IMG/VR virus record: IMGVR_UViG_3300045988_105766
Source: a virus
DNA: 46,812 bases
Direction: 5' to 3' (one strand)
Shown: one piece after another, positions 7,912 through 17,389 of the stretch
Position numbering within the stretch: position 1 is the first letter of the stretch
Layout of the letters: each line of letters begins with the position of its first letter
The notes under the pieces: generated by a model
Databases searched by the model: none
What the model was told of the DNA's origin: nothing
Seen by the model: the letters and a program-made list of their open reading frames with translations, nothing else
Translations under genes and position numbers: made by a program

Positions 7912-10900
7912 ATACTACCCTGTCCTCCTGTTCTTTTTGTTCTTTCAGAATTGCAACAATGATTGCTCGTAGCTTCTCTAAAAATGCTTCGTCATACTGT
8001 TCTAACTGTTGCTTAATGTTATTTGCTTCGCCGTTTCCGTTCACTACAACGCTTGGCGAATTTTGAACATTTATAACGATTGTGCCGGCCCCACTCATTC
8101 TTGCGGATACATTATCCGCCGTCTGTGCCTGTGAGATATTGTTAAATATCTGTCCTGTCTGTGCTGCCGTAAATACTTTTCTGTTGGCAGCGTTTGTAAT
8201 CAACTCCGGTCCATTCTCTCCGGCTATAAATGTACCCGGTGTCCTGTCTGTACCTTTTGCAAATCCCGGAATCAAAGGTATGTTAATTCCTTTTCCGCCA
8301 AGTCCGGGAACCCAATCCGGCACTTTCAATTTATTAAGTCCACCAATCACGGTATTAACCGCTGATACAACGGCTCGTAATGGTGCTTTGATAATTTCGC
8401 CAAGACCTCCAACCGCTCCCGAAAATATAGACTTAATTCCGTTCCAAGCCTGCGACCAATTACCTGTAAATACGCCTGTCACAAAATCTATAATTCCGCT
8501 TAACACGGTCATAAGATTTTGTATTATGCCCTGCACTGAACCAATCACAGATTGAACCACGGATAAGATTACAGGCATTACAGCTTGCACCACCTGTAAA
8601 ATTCCCTGTACGATTGGTGCTACTATGTTCCAAATTGTTGTTAAGGCAGTTTGAATTACCGGAAGCAATACCGATAAAACATTAGTAACTACAGGCAAAA
8701 TTGCTTGAATCGCTGCCGATATAGCAGGCAGTACGGTACTTGTTATAAAATTGAACAATTCCGATATAATCGGTAATACATAGGTCTGTAAAAACGAGAT
8801 AAGTTCCGATATAATCGGCATCAATCCGGCTATAAAATCGGCAATAATTGGAATGACCGCACCGACAAAATCAACAATACTTTGAATGATTGACATTATC
8901 GTAGGTGCTGCTGCCTGTATGAAACTCACAATACCCGGCACAACATCATTTATAATTACCTGTAATACCTGTTCCGCAACAGGAACTACATAGGTTGTCA
9001 CAAATGCTATTACATCTGATACCGCCGTTTTTACCTTTCCAAGGATATTTACAAGCGTATCAAATACCTGTACGCCTTTATCCCCGAAAATCTCTTGTAT
9101 CTTGTTTCTCGCTTCTCCGATATTGCTATCAGAGAAAATATTTTTAATGGTATCTCCAACATTCGTAATAACCGCTACAATCTTGTCAAAGATTGCCAAC
9201 GCTTCACTTCCGAATGTCTTTTCTATAAATGCTCTGATTTCCTGTAAGTGATTTTTTACCAACTGAATAACAGTAATAATTGTTGTGATTACTCCAACAA
9301 TCGGTAAAATCTTACCTACCACTCCACCAAGCGGACCAAATACGGAACTTGCCAAATTCCCCAACGGTCCAAGCATGGTTTTTATTGCATTTCCTACAGG
9401 TGCTATAAACTTCGTTATTTTCCCGAATCCTGCACCTATGAGATTCCCAACCTTTCCTAAAGGCGAATTTGCTATAACTGTTCCAACTCCCGACAGGATA
9501 CCGCCAAGTTTACCGCCCATTCGTGTAAACGGACTTAAAAACAGGTTAAGTAGTTTTGAACCCGCTCCCATTACAGTACCGCCGATTTTCCCACCGATAC
9601 CGCTAAATACACTACCAATCTTTGTAAACAAGGTGCTGTTGCTTAATACTCCGCCTAATGCACTGCTTACGCCCCCGGCTGCGTTCTTTACGCTTGTGAA
9701 ATATCCAAGAATACCGCTACCGATATTCTTAAAATTCAAAAATCCGCCTGTAAGGCTTTGTAGGTACTTATTCATTCCGATTCCCTTGATTATTTCAAAG
9801 GCTTTTTGAACATTGAGTATTCCGCCTTTTACTTCAAGGAAACCTAGCTTTGCTGCAAGTCCTCCGACTTTTAACCCCGCTAATGCAACCGCAACTTTGG
9901 CAATGGTTTTTGTTGCCTGCGGATTCTCTCTTACAAAATTTGTTACTGCGTTTACTATTTCTGTAAACCTCTTCACACCCTCTGTAAGGGTCGGCAATAA
10001 CAACTCTCCAAGTTCCACCTGTAAAGCATCAAATGCAGATTGTGCCAATGTGATACTTCCGTTAAGGTTATCCAACTTGGTTTCTGCCATTTGTTTAGCT
10101 GCACCGTCACAGTTATATACCGCATCTGTAAGTTTATTAAAATCGGCTTCTGATGCGTTTACGATAGCAAGCATACCCGCAAAACTTTCTTTTCCGAAAA
10201 TCGTTGTTGCTGCTGCCACCTGTTCCGCTTCGGACAATCCGCCCAAACTGCTTCGGAGGTTCTTTACTACATCCCCGAAACTCTTCATAGAGCCGTCTGC
10301 ATTTGTAAGGCTTATGCCGTATTTCTCCATTGCTGCCGCTTGTGCATCTGTCGGCTTCGCCATATTGGCTAATGCTGTCTTTAAACTTGTACCTGCGACC
10401 TCTGCCTTAATACTTGCATTTGCCATAAGTCCAATACCTAAAGACATATCCTCTACGCTATACCCTAATGCTCCGGCTACAGGTGCGACCTTTTGGAATG
10501 TTGACCCCATCATACTTACATTGGTGTTTGCATTGCTTGATGCCTGTGCCAATACGTCTGAAAAATGCCCGGCATCTGATGCACTCAACCCAAAAGCCGT
10601 TAAGGCATCCGTTACAATATCGGATACACCTGCCAAATCTTCCCCGGAAGCTGCTGCAAGGTTCATAATACCCTCGATACCGCCTAACATATCCTCGGTT
10701 TTCCAACCTGCCATAGCCATATATTCCATAGCCTGTCCGGCTTCTGTTGCGGTAAACTTTGTTGATGCTCCCATTTCTTTAGCTTTGTTTGAAAGTTTGG
10801 CGATTTCCTCAGTTGTTGCTCCCGATATTGCCTTTACTCCCGACATCTGCTCTTGAAATTCGGCTGCCTTTTTAACCGGTCCGACATATATCGCCGTTCC

Positions 10901-11452
10901 TACTGCTGCGATTGCTCCTATTGTTCCTGTCAACTGTGACTTTGTTTGTGCTATCGCTGCGTTATTCTTATCTATTTTTTCGTTAATGGCTGCAACTTTC
11001 TCCTGTGATTTCTGCAACCTGTCATATTGCTTTTGTAATTCCTCTGTGTTTTTAGCAAGGTTGTCTGTATTTATGCCCGCTTCTTGGAGTGCCTGCCCCA
11101 TTTCCTCCAATTTTTCCGTTTCGTCTGCTGCCTTATCCCTTGCCTTTGCCAATGCTTCCGTATTGGCTTCTAATTTCTTTTTAAGTTTCTCGGATTCTCC
11201 GCCTGTTGCATCATACTCCGCCTGTAACCTTTCGTGTTCTTTTTCAAGGTCTGTAACTCTCTGCTTGCTTCTCTCTACTGCCGTCTGCTGTTTCTGATAC
11301 GCCGATACATCCTTTAACTTATTTCTAACCTCTTTCAGATTATCGCCCAAAAGGGTCATAGTGCTGTTTGCTGTCTTAAAGGTCTTAGAGAAGTTCGGCC
11401 CCAAGGCTGCGGTTAATTGAAAGAAAAATTGAAATTGTCTTGCACTCGCCAC
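7904..11452 (-). CDS. tail tape measure protein
   Basis: About 1180 aa with coiled-coil and Gly/Ala/Ile-rich transmembrane-like repeats. GTG start at 11452 with AGGAGG 7 nt upstream (the ORF track starts at 11497). Confidence 0.9.
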   Translation of the reverse strand: MASARQFQFFFQLTAALGPNFSKTFKTANSTMTLLGDNLKEVRNKLKDVSAYQKQQTAVERSKQRVTDLEKEHERLQAEYDATGGESEKLKKKLEANTEALAKARDKAADETEKLEEMGQALQEAGINTDNLAKNTEELQKQYDRLQKSQEKVAAINEKIDKNNAAIAQTKSQLTGTIGAIAAVGTAIYVGPVKKAAEFQEQMSGVKAISGATTEEIAKLSNKAKEMGASTKFTATEAGQAMEYMAMAGWKTEDMLGGIEGIMNLAAASGEDLAGVSDIVTDALTAFGLSASDAGHFSDVLAQASSNANTNVSMMGSTFQKVAPVAGALGYSVEDMSLGIGLMANASIKAEVAGTSLKTALANMAKPTDAQAAAMEKYGISLTNADGSMKSFGDVVKNLRSSLGGLSEAEQVAAATTIFGKESFAGMLAIVNASEADFNKLTDAVYNCDGAAKQMAETKLDNLNGSITLAQSAFDALQVELGELLLPTLTEGVKRFTEIVNAVTNFVRENPQATKTIAKVAVALAGLKVGGLAAKLGFLEVKGGILNVQKAFEIIKGIGMNKYLQSLTGGFLNFKNIGSGILGYFTSVKNAAGGVSSALGGVLSNSTLFTKIGSVFSGIGGKIGGTVMGAGSKLLNLFLSPFTRMGGKLGGILSGVGTVIANSPLGKVGNLIGAGFGKITKFIAPVGNAIKTMLGPLGNLASSVFGPLGGVVGKILPIVGVITTIITVIQLVKNHLQEIRAFIEKTFGSEALAIFDKIVAVITNVGDTIKNIFSDSNIGEARNKIQEIFGDKGVQVFDTLVNILGKVKTAVSDVIAFVTTYVVPVAEQVLQVIINDVVPGIVSFIQAAAPTIMSIIQSIVDFVGAVIPIIADFIAGLMPIISELISFLQTYVLPIISELFNFITSTVLPAISAAIQAILPVVTNVLSVLLPVIQTALTTIWNIVAPIVQGILQVVQAVMPVILSVVQSVIGSVQGIIQNLMTVLSGIIDFVTGVFTGNWSQAWNGIKSIFSGAVGGLGEIIKAPLRAVVSAVNTVIGGLNKLKVPDWVPGLGGKGINIPLIPGFAKGTDRTPGTFIAGENGPELITNAANRKVFTAAQTGQIFNNISQAQTADNVSARMSGAGTIVINVQNSPSVVVNGNGEANNIKQQLEQYDEAFLEKLRAIIVAILKEQKEQEDRVVYA

Positions 11453-11567
11453 GCCTTTACCTCCTTTCGGGCATAATAAAAGCACCCGCCTGTGCAAGTG
11501 CTGAATCTATGTAAATTATGATTATTTTCTTTGTTAAAATCCGCCCTGTGTTTCAAGGGCGGATATG

Positions 11568-11762
11568 TTATTGGTTGTTCTGCTGTTGTGCTTTCTCTTT
11601 TTCTATCAATCCGTTAAGGCTTCGTATCCACCCTCTTAAATCACGGATTGTAAGGCTTACCCAATAATCAACCCCTGTGTGTGTCTGTCTTGAAAGTAAA
11701 AGTGCATTTTCTCTTACCCAAGTTCCGGGGTTTAATCTGTTAAGCCTGTTGTCACTAAAAAA
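11568..11762 (-). CDS. -1 frameshift extension of the tail assembly chaperone (gpE'/GT-like)
   Basis: Heptamer T TTT TTA at 11762-11756 in the zero frame. The -1 frame stays open for 62 codons to TAA at 11570-11568. No independent start. Confidence 0.6.
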   Translation of the reverse strand, partial: FFSDNRLNRLNPGTWVRENALLLSRQTHTGVDYWVSLTIRDLRGWIRSLNGLIEKEKAQQQNNQ

Positions 11763-12103
11763 TCTCTGCTCTTATTCTTGATTTTTCCAAAATCACGGAT
11801 AGGTAAATGCTCGATAAGGTCACTTCCTACGCCTGCTGCTCTCGCTGCCATTTTAGACAGGAAAGATGTTGAAATTTCCGGCGATAATACATACTCGCCA
11901 ACTGCTGCCATTTCATTTTCAACGGCAATCATATCCGAACCTAAAAGACCCTCAAAATCAAAAGTCAACTTATCGTATGTCTTTCCCTCAAATTCAAAAG
12001 GTTTCTTGAATACATGGGTATAATTTAATCCGTCTGTGTCCGATTCGGTCACATTTGTTTTCTTTTCTTCTGTTGCTACTGCTGTCTGCTTTACATCTTC
12101 CAT
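11732..12103 (-). CDS. tail assembly chaperone (gpE/gpG-like), zero-frame product
   Basis: 123 aa between the tube and tape measure genes. Slippery T TTT TTA lies near its 3' end. Confidence 0.75.
   Translation of the reverse strand: MEDVKQTAVATEEKKTNVTESDTDGLNYTHVFKKPFEFEGKTYDKLTFDFEGLLGSDMIAVENEMAAVGEYVLSPEISTSFLSKMAARAAGVGSDLIEHLPIRDFGKIKNKSRDFLVTTGLTD
12035..12053. repeat. 19-bp near-palindrome copy B (TGTGTCCGATTCGGTCACA)
   Basis: Inside the tail chaperone CDS (aa 18-23); reads VTESDT. Confidence 0.8.
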
Positions 12104-12158
12104 TGTGTTTAATCCTCCAATTTTCTACCAAATACAGGAAAAGCACGGTTTCCCGTGC

Positions 12159-12677
12159 TTATTTTCCAAGTGCCTTTCTTACATCCGCTAAGTAATCTTT
12201 TCCGTTTACATAGTAGATATAATTAAGTGGGTCAATCTCCAACTTTTTCTTACCGTCAATGTATGTAGCATAATAACTTACTGCATACTCTCCGCTTACC
12301 TCTGCTGCCGCTGCCGTGGCAACTTTTCCGGGGTTAAGTTTCTTCGGGGTTACTACAAGGATATGTTTTACAGATACAACCTCTGTAGTACCCTTTACGG
12401 TGTCTTTCTGCTGCTGTGCTGCTCTTAAATCAATATTGTGCTGTCTAGGCTCATGTAATTTAATCGCATTATTTGTTACCGTTCTGAAATTGAGGGTAAG
12501 GCTCATTGCTTCAATCGCACCTAAAATTACAGATTCGATTTTACCGCCAATGCCGGCCCCGCTGATTTCTTCGGTAATATTTGAAATTTCGGGCAATGTA
12601 ACTTCGGAGATTCCGATATATTCCGTTGCATCTTCGTACACCGCAAACCCGATTACTGTTTCGTCAATCTTTGGCAT
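12159..12677 (-). CDS. tail tube protein (P2 FII-like)
   Basis: 172 aa directly after the sheath gene; GAGIGG...MSLTLNFR pattern. Confidence 0.85.
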   Translation of the reverse strand: MPKIDETVIGFAVYEDATEYIGISEVTLPEISNITEEISGAGIGGKIESVILGAIEAMSLTLNFRTVTNNAIKLHEPRQHNIDLRAAQQQKDTVKGTTEVVSVKHILVVTPKKLNPGKVATAAAAEVSGEYAVSYYATYIDGKKKLEIDPLNYIYYVNGKDYLADVRKALGK

Positions 12678-12690
12678 CCTGTTTTACCTC

Positions 12691-14154
12691 CTACGCAAAA
12701 ATATTTTCGAGATAACTTACGTCATACTCTAATACAAAATCAAGTTCCTTTGCAGGACTTGGCGGTGTAAGGTAGATATGGAATTTTGCCTTGCCTGCCA
12801 ATAAGTCCGCTGTGGTGTTTTCTTCCTCCAAGAACTCAACACGACCGCCTAAAATCTTCTCTTCCGCCATTAAGCCGTTGAGCCAAATGTTAATACTCTG
12901 TGTAACGGATTCGATAAGGCGTTTATTTAACTTCTTATCAACCTTGCTCCACATTGAGAGGATAACGGAATTTGCTACCCAGCTAAACATACGGCTTACG
13001 CAATAGAAATAATCCGTAACATCTGTATTTGCCGGGTAGCAAGCTGTTTCATTGCCCCAAGATACAAAACTGCCTGTAAGGTTTAATGCCGTGATAATTC
13101 CGTTTGAATTAAGGTAATTCGCTTTTACGAGGTCTAAAAGTACCTCTGTGCCGTCTGCAAGTGCCATTCCGTCAATCTGAATAGTCTTATTACTTGCTGA
13201 TTCGCACGGCGAACCTCCGCCTAAGTCCTCTGTAGCATCCGTCTTTGACATAACGCCCGCCTGATGTACGGATGAATGGTAGATTTTACCGCCAAGCGTA
13301 TACTTGGGCCATGTAACAAGCTGTGACGGCTGTGTGATATTGTTCTTGCTCTTCCACGTTGGAACATCCGAATATACCTTTACCGTTTCTGTGTCTGCAT
13401 CAATGATTGCTTTTCCTGTAAATAATCCGTTAATGTTCTCCGCCTTTGCTGCCATAATTGCAGCTACCTCCGAATCTGTAGAAAAGTTTGGTGCAAGGAA
13501 GAGTGTAGGGATAACGCCGTACTTAGGATATACGGAATCTACCAACTCAAAACCACTTGATTTATTGGTATTTGTGTCATATCCTCCGATAATTTCCTTT
13601 TTTGTGACCTTGCTAGGGTCAACGGAATTAAACTTAATATTAAGTCTTGTGTTGTCCGCTTTGATTTTTCCACTTTCGATACGCTCTAATCTTAATACTC
13701 CGTCTGTATAAAAAAGGTCGTAATCTTCGCCCCTTGTGTATGTTTCTGTAAGCGAATCCTCGCCGTCATATCCTTTTACCTCTACCGTATCGCTTACCGC
13801 TTCATACGGTAACTCTGTGATTCCTCCGGCTAATGTCTTTTCTACCGTTTCCGCTCCTTTAAGGTGCTTTGCAGGGTCAAGGACATTAACCATAATAATA
13901 GGTCCATTAGAATACAGCTTGAATGATGAATAGATTTCCTCGCAAATATCGTATTTATCCCATTCGTCACTATATCCCATTGCTGCCACCGCTTCCGCAT
14001 AATTGGAAGCGTATACAGGCTCGTTTACTTTTCCGCCTACTGTATGTACCGGGGCAGTACCTACAATGAGGTGTATACTGCTGTCCGCAACAACAGGTGT
14101 TGAAACGCTTGTAGCCTGTTTACTTGCTTTCGCTCCGTGATAGTAATTACTCAT
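12691..14154 (-). CDS. contractile tail sheath protein
   Basis: 487 aa; size, position and N-terminal GTAPVH motif are typical of sheath proteins. Confidence 0.9.
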   Translation of the reverse strand: MSNYYHGAKASKQATSVSTPVVADSSIHLIVGTAPVHTVGGKVNEPVYASNYAEAVAAMGYSDEWDKYDICEEIYSSFKLYSNGPIIMVNVLDPAKHLKGAETVEKTLAGGITELPYEAVSDTVEVKGYDGEDSLTETYTRGEDYDLFYTDGVLRLERIESGKIKADNTRLNIKFNSVDPSKVTKKEIIGGYDTNTNKSSGFELVDSVYPKYGVIPTLFLAPNFSTDSEVAAIMAAKAENINGLFTGKAIIDADTETVKVYSDVPTWKSKNNITQPSQLVTWPKYTLGGKIYHSSVHQAGVMSKTDATEDLGGGSPCESASNKTIQIDGMALADGTEVLLDLVKANYLNSNGIITALNLTGSFVSWGNETACYPANTDVTDYFYCVSRMFSWVANSVILSMWSKVDKKLNKRLIESVTQSINIWLNGLMAEEKILGGRVEFLEEENTTADLLAGKAKFHIYLTPPSPAKELDFVLEYDVSYLENIFA

Positions 14155-14159
14155 TTACC

Positions 14160-14528
14160 TTAGTCCTCCTTTGGCTTTCTCATAAGACTTAAAACATCAT
14201 TGTAATATTTATTCAATAATGTTCCTGCCGTCTTTACTTTTGGTTTGCATACCGCAAGGCTCTCCGTTGCCACAATAAGCAATCTTACCTGTGGTAACTT
14301 CTCAATGGTCGGTTCTAAATACTTTTCAACTGTTTCCCTGTTTCCTGTAAAAATCGTATTTTCTACCAACCCGGTGTTTGTTGTCGGTCCGATATAAATA
14401 AATCTTTCCTCCGTGGCATTCGTATTTGCCGTTTCCTGCGGTTTTTCTGTTTCTGCCGTAGAATTTACCGCCTGTTCGGTTTCTTCTGCCTTTGTGGCTG
14501 TTCTGCTCGCTCTTGGCATACTTTCCAA
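14160..14528 (-). CDS. hypothetical protein
   Basis: 122-aa ORF between the neck and sheath genes. Confidence 0.5.
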   Translation of the reverse strand: MESMPRASRTATKAEETEQAVNSTAETEKPQETANTNATEERFIYIGPTTNTGLVENTIFTGNRETVEKYLEPTIEKLPQVRLLIVATESLAVCKPKVKTAGTLLNKYYNDVLSLMRKPKED

Positions 14529-14534
14529 CCTCCT

Positions 14535-15008
14535 TTACTCTAAATACTGTCTTACATCCCTGCGAATCTGTGGTAACTCCCAAATTGTCATAAGTTCTCC
14601 GACTTGGTACAATTCCATATTTTCATCATAGATAATTGTTTCTATCGGCTTCTGACAGGAATAATGTTTATCTATTACCACATCCTCTAACAGGCTTGTT
14701 TCTATCTTTGTGACAAGGTTAAGGCATTGCATATAATTCTCGTTTTTATCCTCCGAAAATGTAACGCAAATAATACGCACCCTGCATACATTCTCTTCAT
14801 CATCTACCTTTTTGGTAAGCAATTTAAGAAGTATGTAGGGTGCTGCTTTCTTTTCCTGTTCCTTGTTTGGCAAGTTCCCGATAAAAACTAACGGCGGTCG
14901 CTCTCCGGGGTCTGTTCCATTCTCCGGCACTCTTGTGATTAACCGCATATCTTTTACTTTATCTTCCGTATAGGCTTTAAGTGCATTTAATAGGTCAATC
15001 GCTGTCAT
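14535..15008 (-). CDS. putative neck/tail-completion protein
   Basis: 157 aa. Called from position only. Confidence 0.45.
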   Translation of the reverse strand: MTAIDLLNALKAYTEDKVKDMRLITRVPENGTDPGERPPLVFIGNLPNKEQEKKAAPYILLKLLTKKVDDEENVCRVRIICVTFSEDKNENYMQCLNLVTKIETSLLEDVVIDKHYSCQKPIETIIYDENMELYQVGELMTIWELPQIRRDVRQYLE

Positions 15009-15583
15009 TAACTACCTCCGTTCAAAATTCTATCAAGTTCATGTTCCATACGATTGTTGATTACTTCGTTTACCCTGTCCTCGACCGTCTTTAATACAAC
15101 GGCATTTTCCGCCATTCTTGGCACGGACGGACCGTAAAGCTGTTTAATCGGATAGCTTGAATCACTCTTACGCTCATATATTCCTATGTGACCGTTTGGC
15201 ATCTGTGCGGTAAATGATTTTGCAAGTTCTACTTGGCTTTCACTCCGCTTTACCGCTGCCTTTACAGGTGTTTTACCGTATGTTGCTTTCTGTGGTGTGA
15301 CATTGTATTTAATAAGTGGGATAACCGTACCTGCGTACTCAATGCTCCCTATCAGTCCGTCACTCCGCATTTCAACCTTTTTATATCCAATATGTGAATA
15401 CCTCGATATAACCGCCGGACTTACATAGTACACACTCTTAATCTGCTTATTAAAAGCCGTCCGCCCCGCTATCAATCCTCTTTGCATAGCAGGTTTTAAT
15501 ACTTTTTCGTCCGCTTTTCCCAAGCCGGATAAAATAGCGTGTAGCCTGTTGGTGGTTTCCTGTGATACTTCAATGTCTATCAT
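15008..15583 (-). CDS. putative head-tail joining / minor structural protein
   Basis: 191 aa. Called from position only. Confidence 0.45.
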   Translation of the reverse strand: MIDIEVSQETTNRLHAILSGLGKADEKVLKPAMQRGLIAGRTAFNKQIKSVYYVSPAVISRYSHIGYKKVEMRSDGLIGSIEYAGTVIPLIKYNVTPQKATYGKTPVKAAVKRSESQVELAKSFTAQMPNGHIGIYERKSDSSYPIKQLYGPSVPRMAENAVVLKTVEDRVNEVINNRMEHELDRILNGGS

Positions 15584-15925
15584 TTACTCATCCTCCCCCA
15601 CCAACTCAATAATAAGTTCGTTGTATTCCGTTGTAACCTCGGATATTTTATACAGTTCGCTGCCTATCCACATTCTCATACCCTGCCTTGGTTCTTTTTC
15701 CAAATCAGATAATCGGATGCGTACTACAAGCAACTTTTGGTATATACCCTGTGCATGGTCCCCGGATAGCATTTGTCGGCGTGCTTCTGCTGCATCCGAA
15801 TCAAATATAACAGGTACATTCCTGTCTATTCCGTCAATGCGTACTCTTTGCAATTCCGCAAATTCCTCCGTATTGTAAAAAGTACGGTCCAGGTCCTTAT
15901 CAAGCATTTCCTTAAAATTCTTCAT
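15584..15925 (-). CDS. putative head-tail adaptor
   Basis: 113 aa immediately after the major capsid gene. Confidence 0.45.
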   Translation of the reverse strand: MKNFKEMLDKDLDRTFYNTEEFAELQRVRIDGIDRNVPVIFDSDAAEARRQMLSGDHAQGIYQKLLVVRIRLSDLEKEPRQGMRMWIGSELYKISEVTTEYNELIIELVGEDE

Positions 15926-15940
15926 AGGCTACCACCGCCT

Positions 15941-16999
15941 TTAGCAGACGGTAGCAACATACCAAGAATCTACTTCGTGAGGTACACAAAGAGGTGCTGA
16001 ATTTAACTGTAAAAATCTTCTAGGAGGTCTACGCTCTACCCACTGTTCCGGGATTCTCGAACCCTCTACTACCTCGATTGTCTTACCGGCTTCGTCCGTT
16101 ACTCCGACAGCACCGTAATACATGGAGTAATTTGCTTCCGTTGAAAGAAGAACTACGATATTGGCAGGAAGTAAAGGCTTGTCCTCCGGCTCTTCTTTAT
16201 TAGTCCAGTTATCTAAGTACCACTCATTGTATGTATAAATATCCATAGCAATTTCGTGAATAGTACCGATATAGGTAGCACCATTCGGCAACTCCTTAGG
16301 AGTGATAACGGCAGCTTCAAAACGTCTTGTATCAAGTACCTTTAATACCTCTTCATCTATTAAGAACGCTTCTAAGGCATCCGCACCCATAAGGCATACA
16401 TTACAGTTTACAAAACCTTTCTTCTGTACCTGCTTTCTCCACTCTTTTAACTGTTTAATCTTACCGCCTGTCTTTTTGTTCCAAGCGTTAGCACCGCTTA
16501 ATGTCACTTTGTTGGTAAACTGAAAATCAATCTCTGCCTGTAACTCTTTTCCGTCCTTGTCAAGGATAGGAATTTTACCCGTAAATAAAGCCTGACAGCA
16601 CATCCATTCCTCACGGCGTGTAATCATTTCGTCAAGTTCTGTAAAATCCCTCTGCATTTTCTCTACTGCTCTCTGATTCGGGGATTTACCGCCGTAAAGG
16701 CTTTCGCCCGGTGTACGCTTTAAAATATCGTCTACGGTTGTAATTTTGTTTGGTGCTACAAGCGGTGGCTCGTAGGTGTTTGTTTCGTATCCCTCATTGT
16801 CGATAGTAACGCCACCAATCTTTTTATGTACGAATGGTGCAAGCTGTCGATTTCCTTTCTTAAAATCTACATCAATCTTCTGTGTGTCGAATGTTTCGAC
16901 ATTTCGGAAAAAAGTAGACTTAATGAACGTCTGCACTTTAGGCATACGCTCTACAAGTTTCCCCATTGTTCTAGGGTCGTAAATGCTGATATTTGCCAT
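15941..16999 (-). CDS. major capsid protein, lambda gpE-like
   Basis: 352 aa; its N-terminus (DPRTM...FF...FDT..IDVD) is typical of the capsid-E family. Follows a gpD-like gene. Confidence 0.85.
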   Translation of the reverse strand: MANISIYDPRTMGKLVERMPKVQTFIKSTFFRNVETFDTQKIDVDFKKGNRQLAPFVHKKIGGVTIDNEGYETNTYEPPLVAPNKITTVDDILKRTPGESLYGGKSPNQRAVEKMQRDFTELDEMITRREEWMCCQALFTGKIPILDKDGKELQAEIDFQFTNKVTLSGANAWNKKTGGKIKQLKEWRKQVQKKGFVNCNVCLMGADALEAFLIDEEVLKVLDTRRFEAAVITPKELPNGATYIGTIHEIAMDIYTYNEWYLDNWTNKEEPEDKPLLPANIVVLLSTEANYSMYYGAVGVTDEAGKTIEVVEGSRIPEQWVERRPPRRFLQLNSAPLCVPHEVDSWYVATVC

Positions 17000-17019
17000 T
17001 TTTATTTATCTCCTTTTCT

Positions 17020-17373
17020 CTATGCTGTTGCGTTGTCTGTATCTACGAGGAAAATACCAATTTTTCTAAATGGTGCTTTAAAGTCTGCTGCCGTTTTGCC
17101 TACAGGTACTTCAATCGCACTACCGAAAAATTCGCCTGTGAGGTAATATACTACCTCTTCTCCCTCTTCTGCGTTTTCTGCTGCAAGTCCGTATACATCC
17201 GCTACGGTATCTGCTGTTACCGCCTTGATTTTTCCGTCTGCCCCAAGTGTAATAGGCATAAGTTCGTGAATTGTTTCTCCGCTTGCTACTGTGCCCGAAT
17301 CGGTCACAACGGGAAAATCCCCGGCGTGTACCATTTTAGGGGAATAGCTTTCTAACTTCTCTTTTCCTGCCAT
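17020..17373 (-). CDS. head decoration protein, lambda gpD-like
   Basis: 117 aa between the protease and the capsid gene. Contains motif copy C. Confidence 0.65.
   Translation of the reverse strand: MAGKEKLESYSPKMVHAGDFPVVTDSGTVASGETIHELMPITLGADGKIKAVTADTVADVYGLAAENAEEGEEVVYYLTGEFFGSAIEVPVGKTAADFKAPFRKIGIFLVDTDNATA
17290..17308. repeat. 19-bp near-palindrome copy C (TGTGCCCGAATCGGTCACA)
   Basis: Inside the decoration protein CDS; reads VTDSGT. Confidence 0.8.
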
Positions 17374-17389
17374 TGTTCTTTACCTCCTG

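Noticed and set aside
9813-10856. Long plus-strand ORFs antisense to the tape measure and other minus-strand genes: 9813-10856 (347 aa), 9285-9809, 4799-5389, 26292-27002, 25752-26249 and 17373-17825.
   Set aside because: They are low-complexity Ser/Pro/Phe/Ala-rich translations with no SD. They are fully embedded opposite well-supported genes, which is typical of antisense frames kept open by the codon bias of the real gene.
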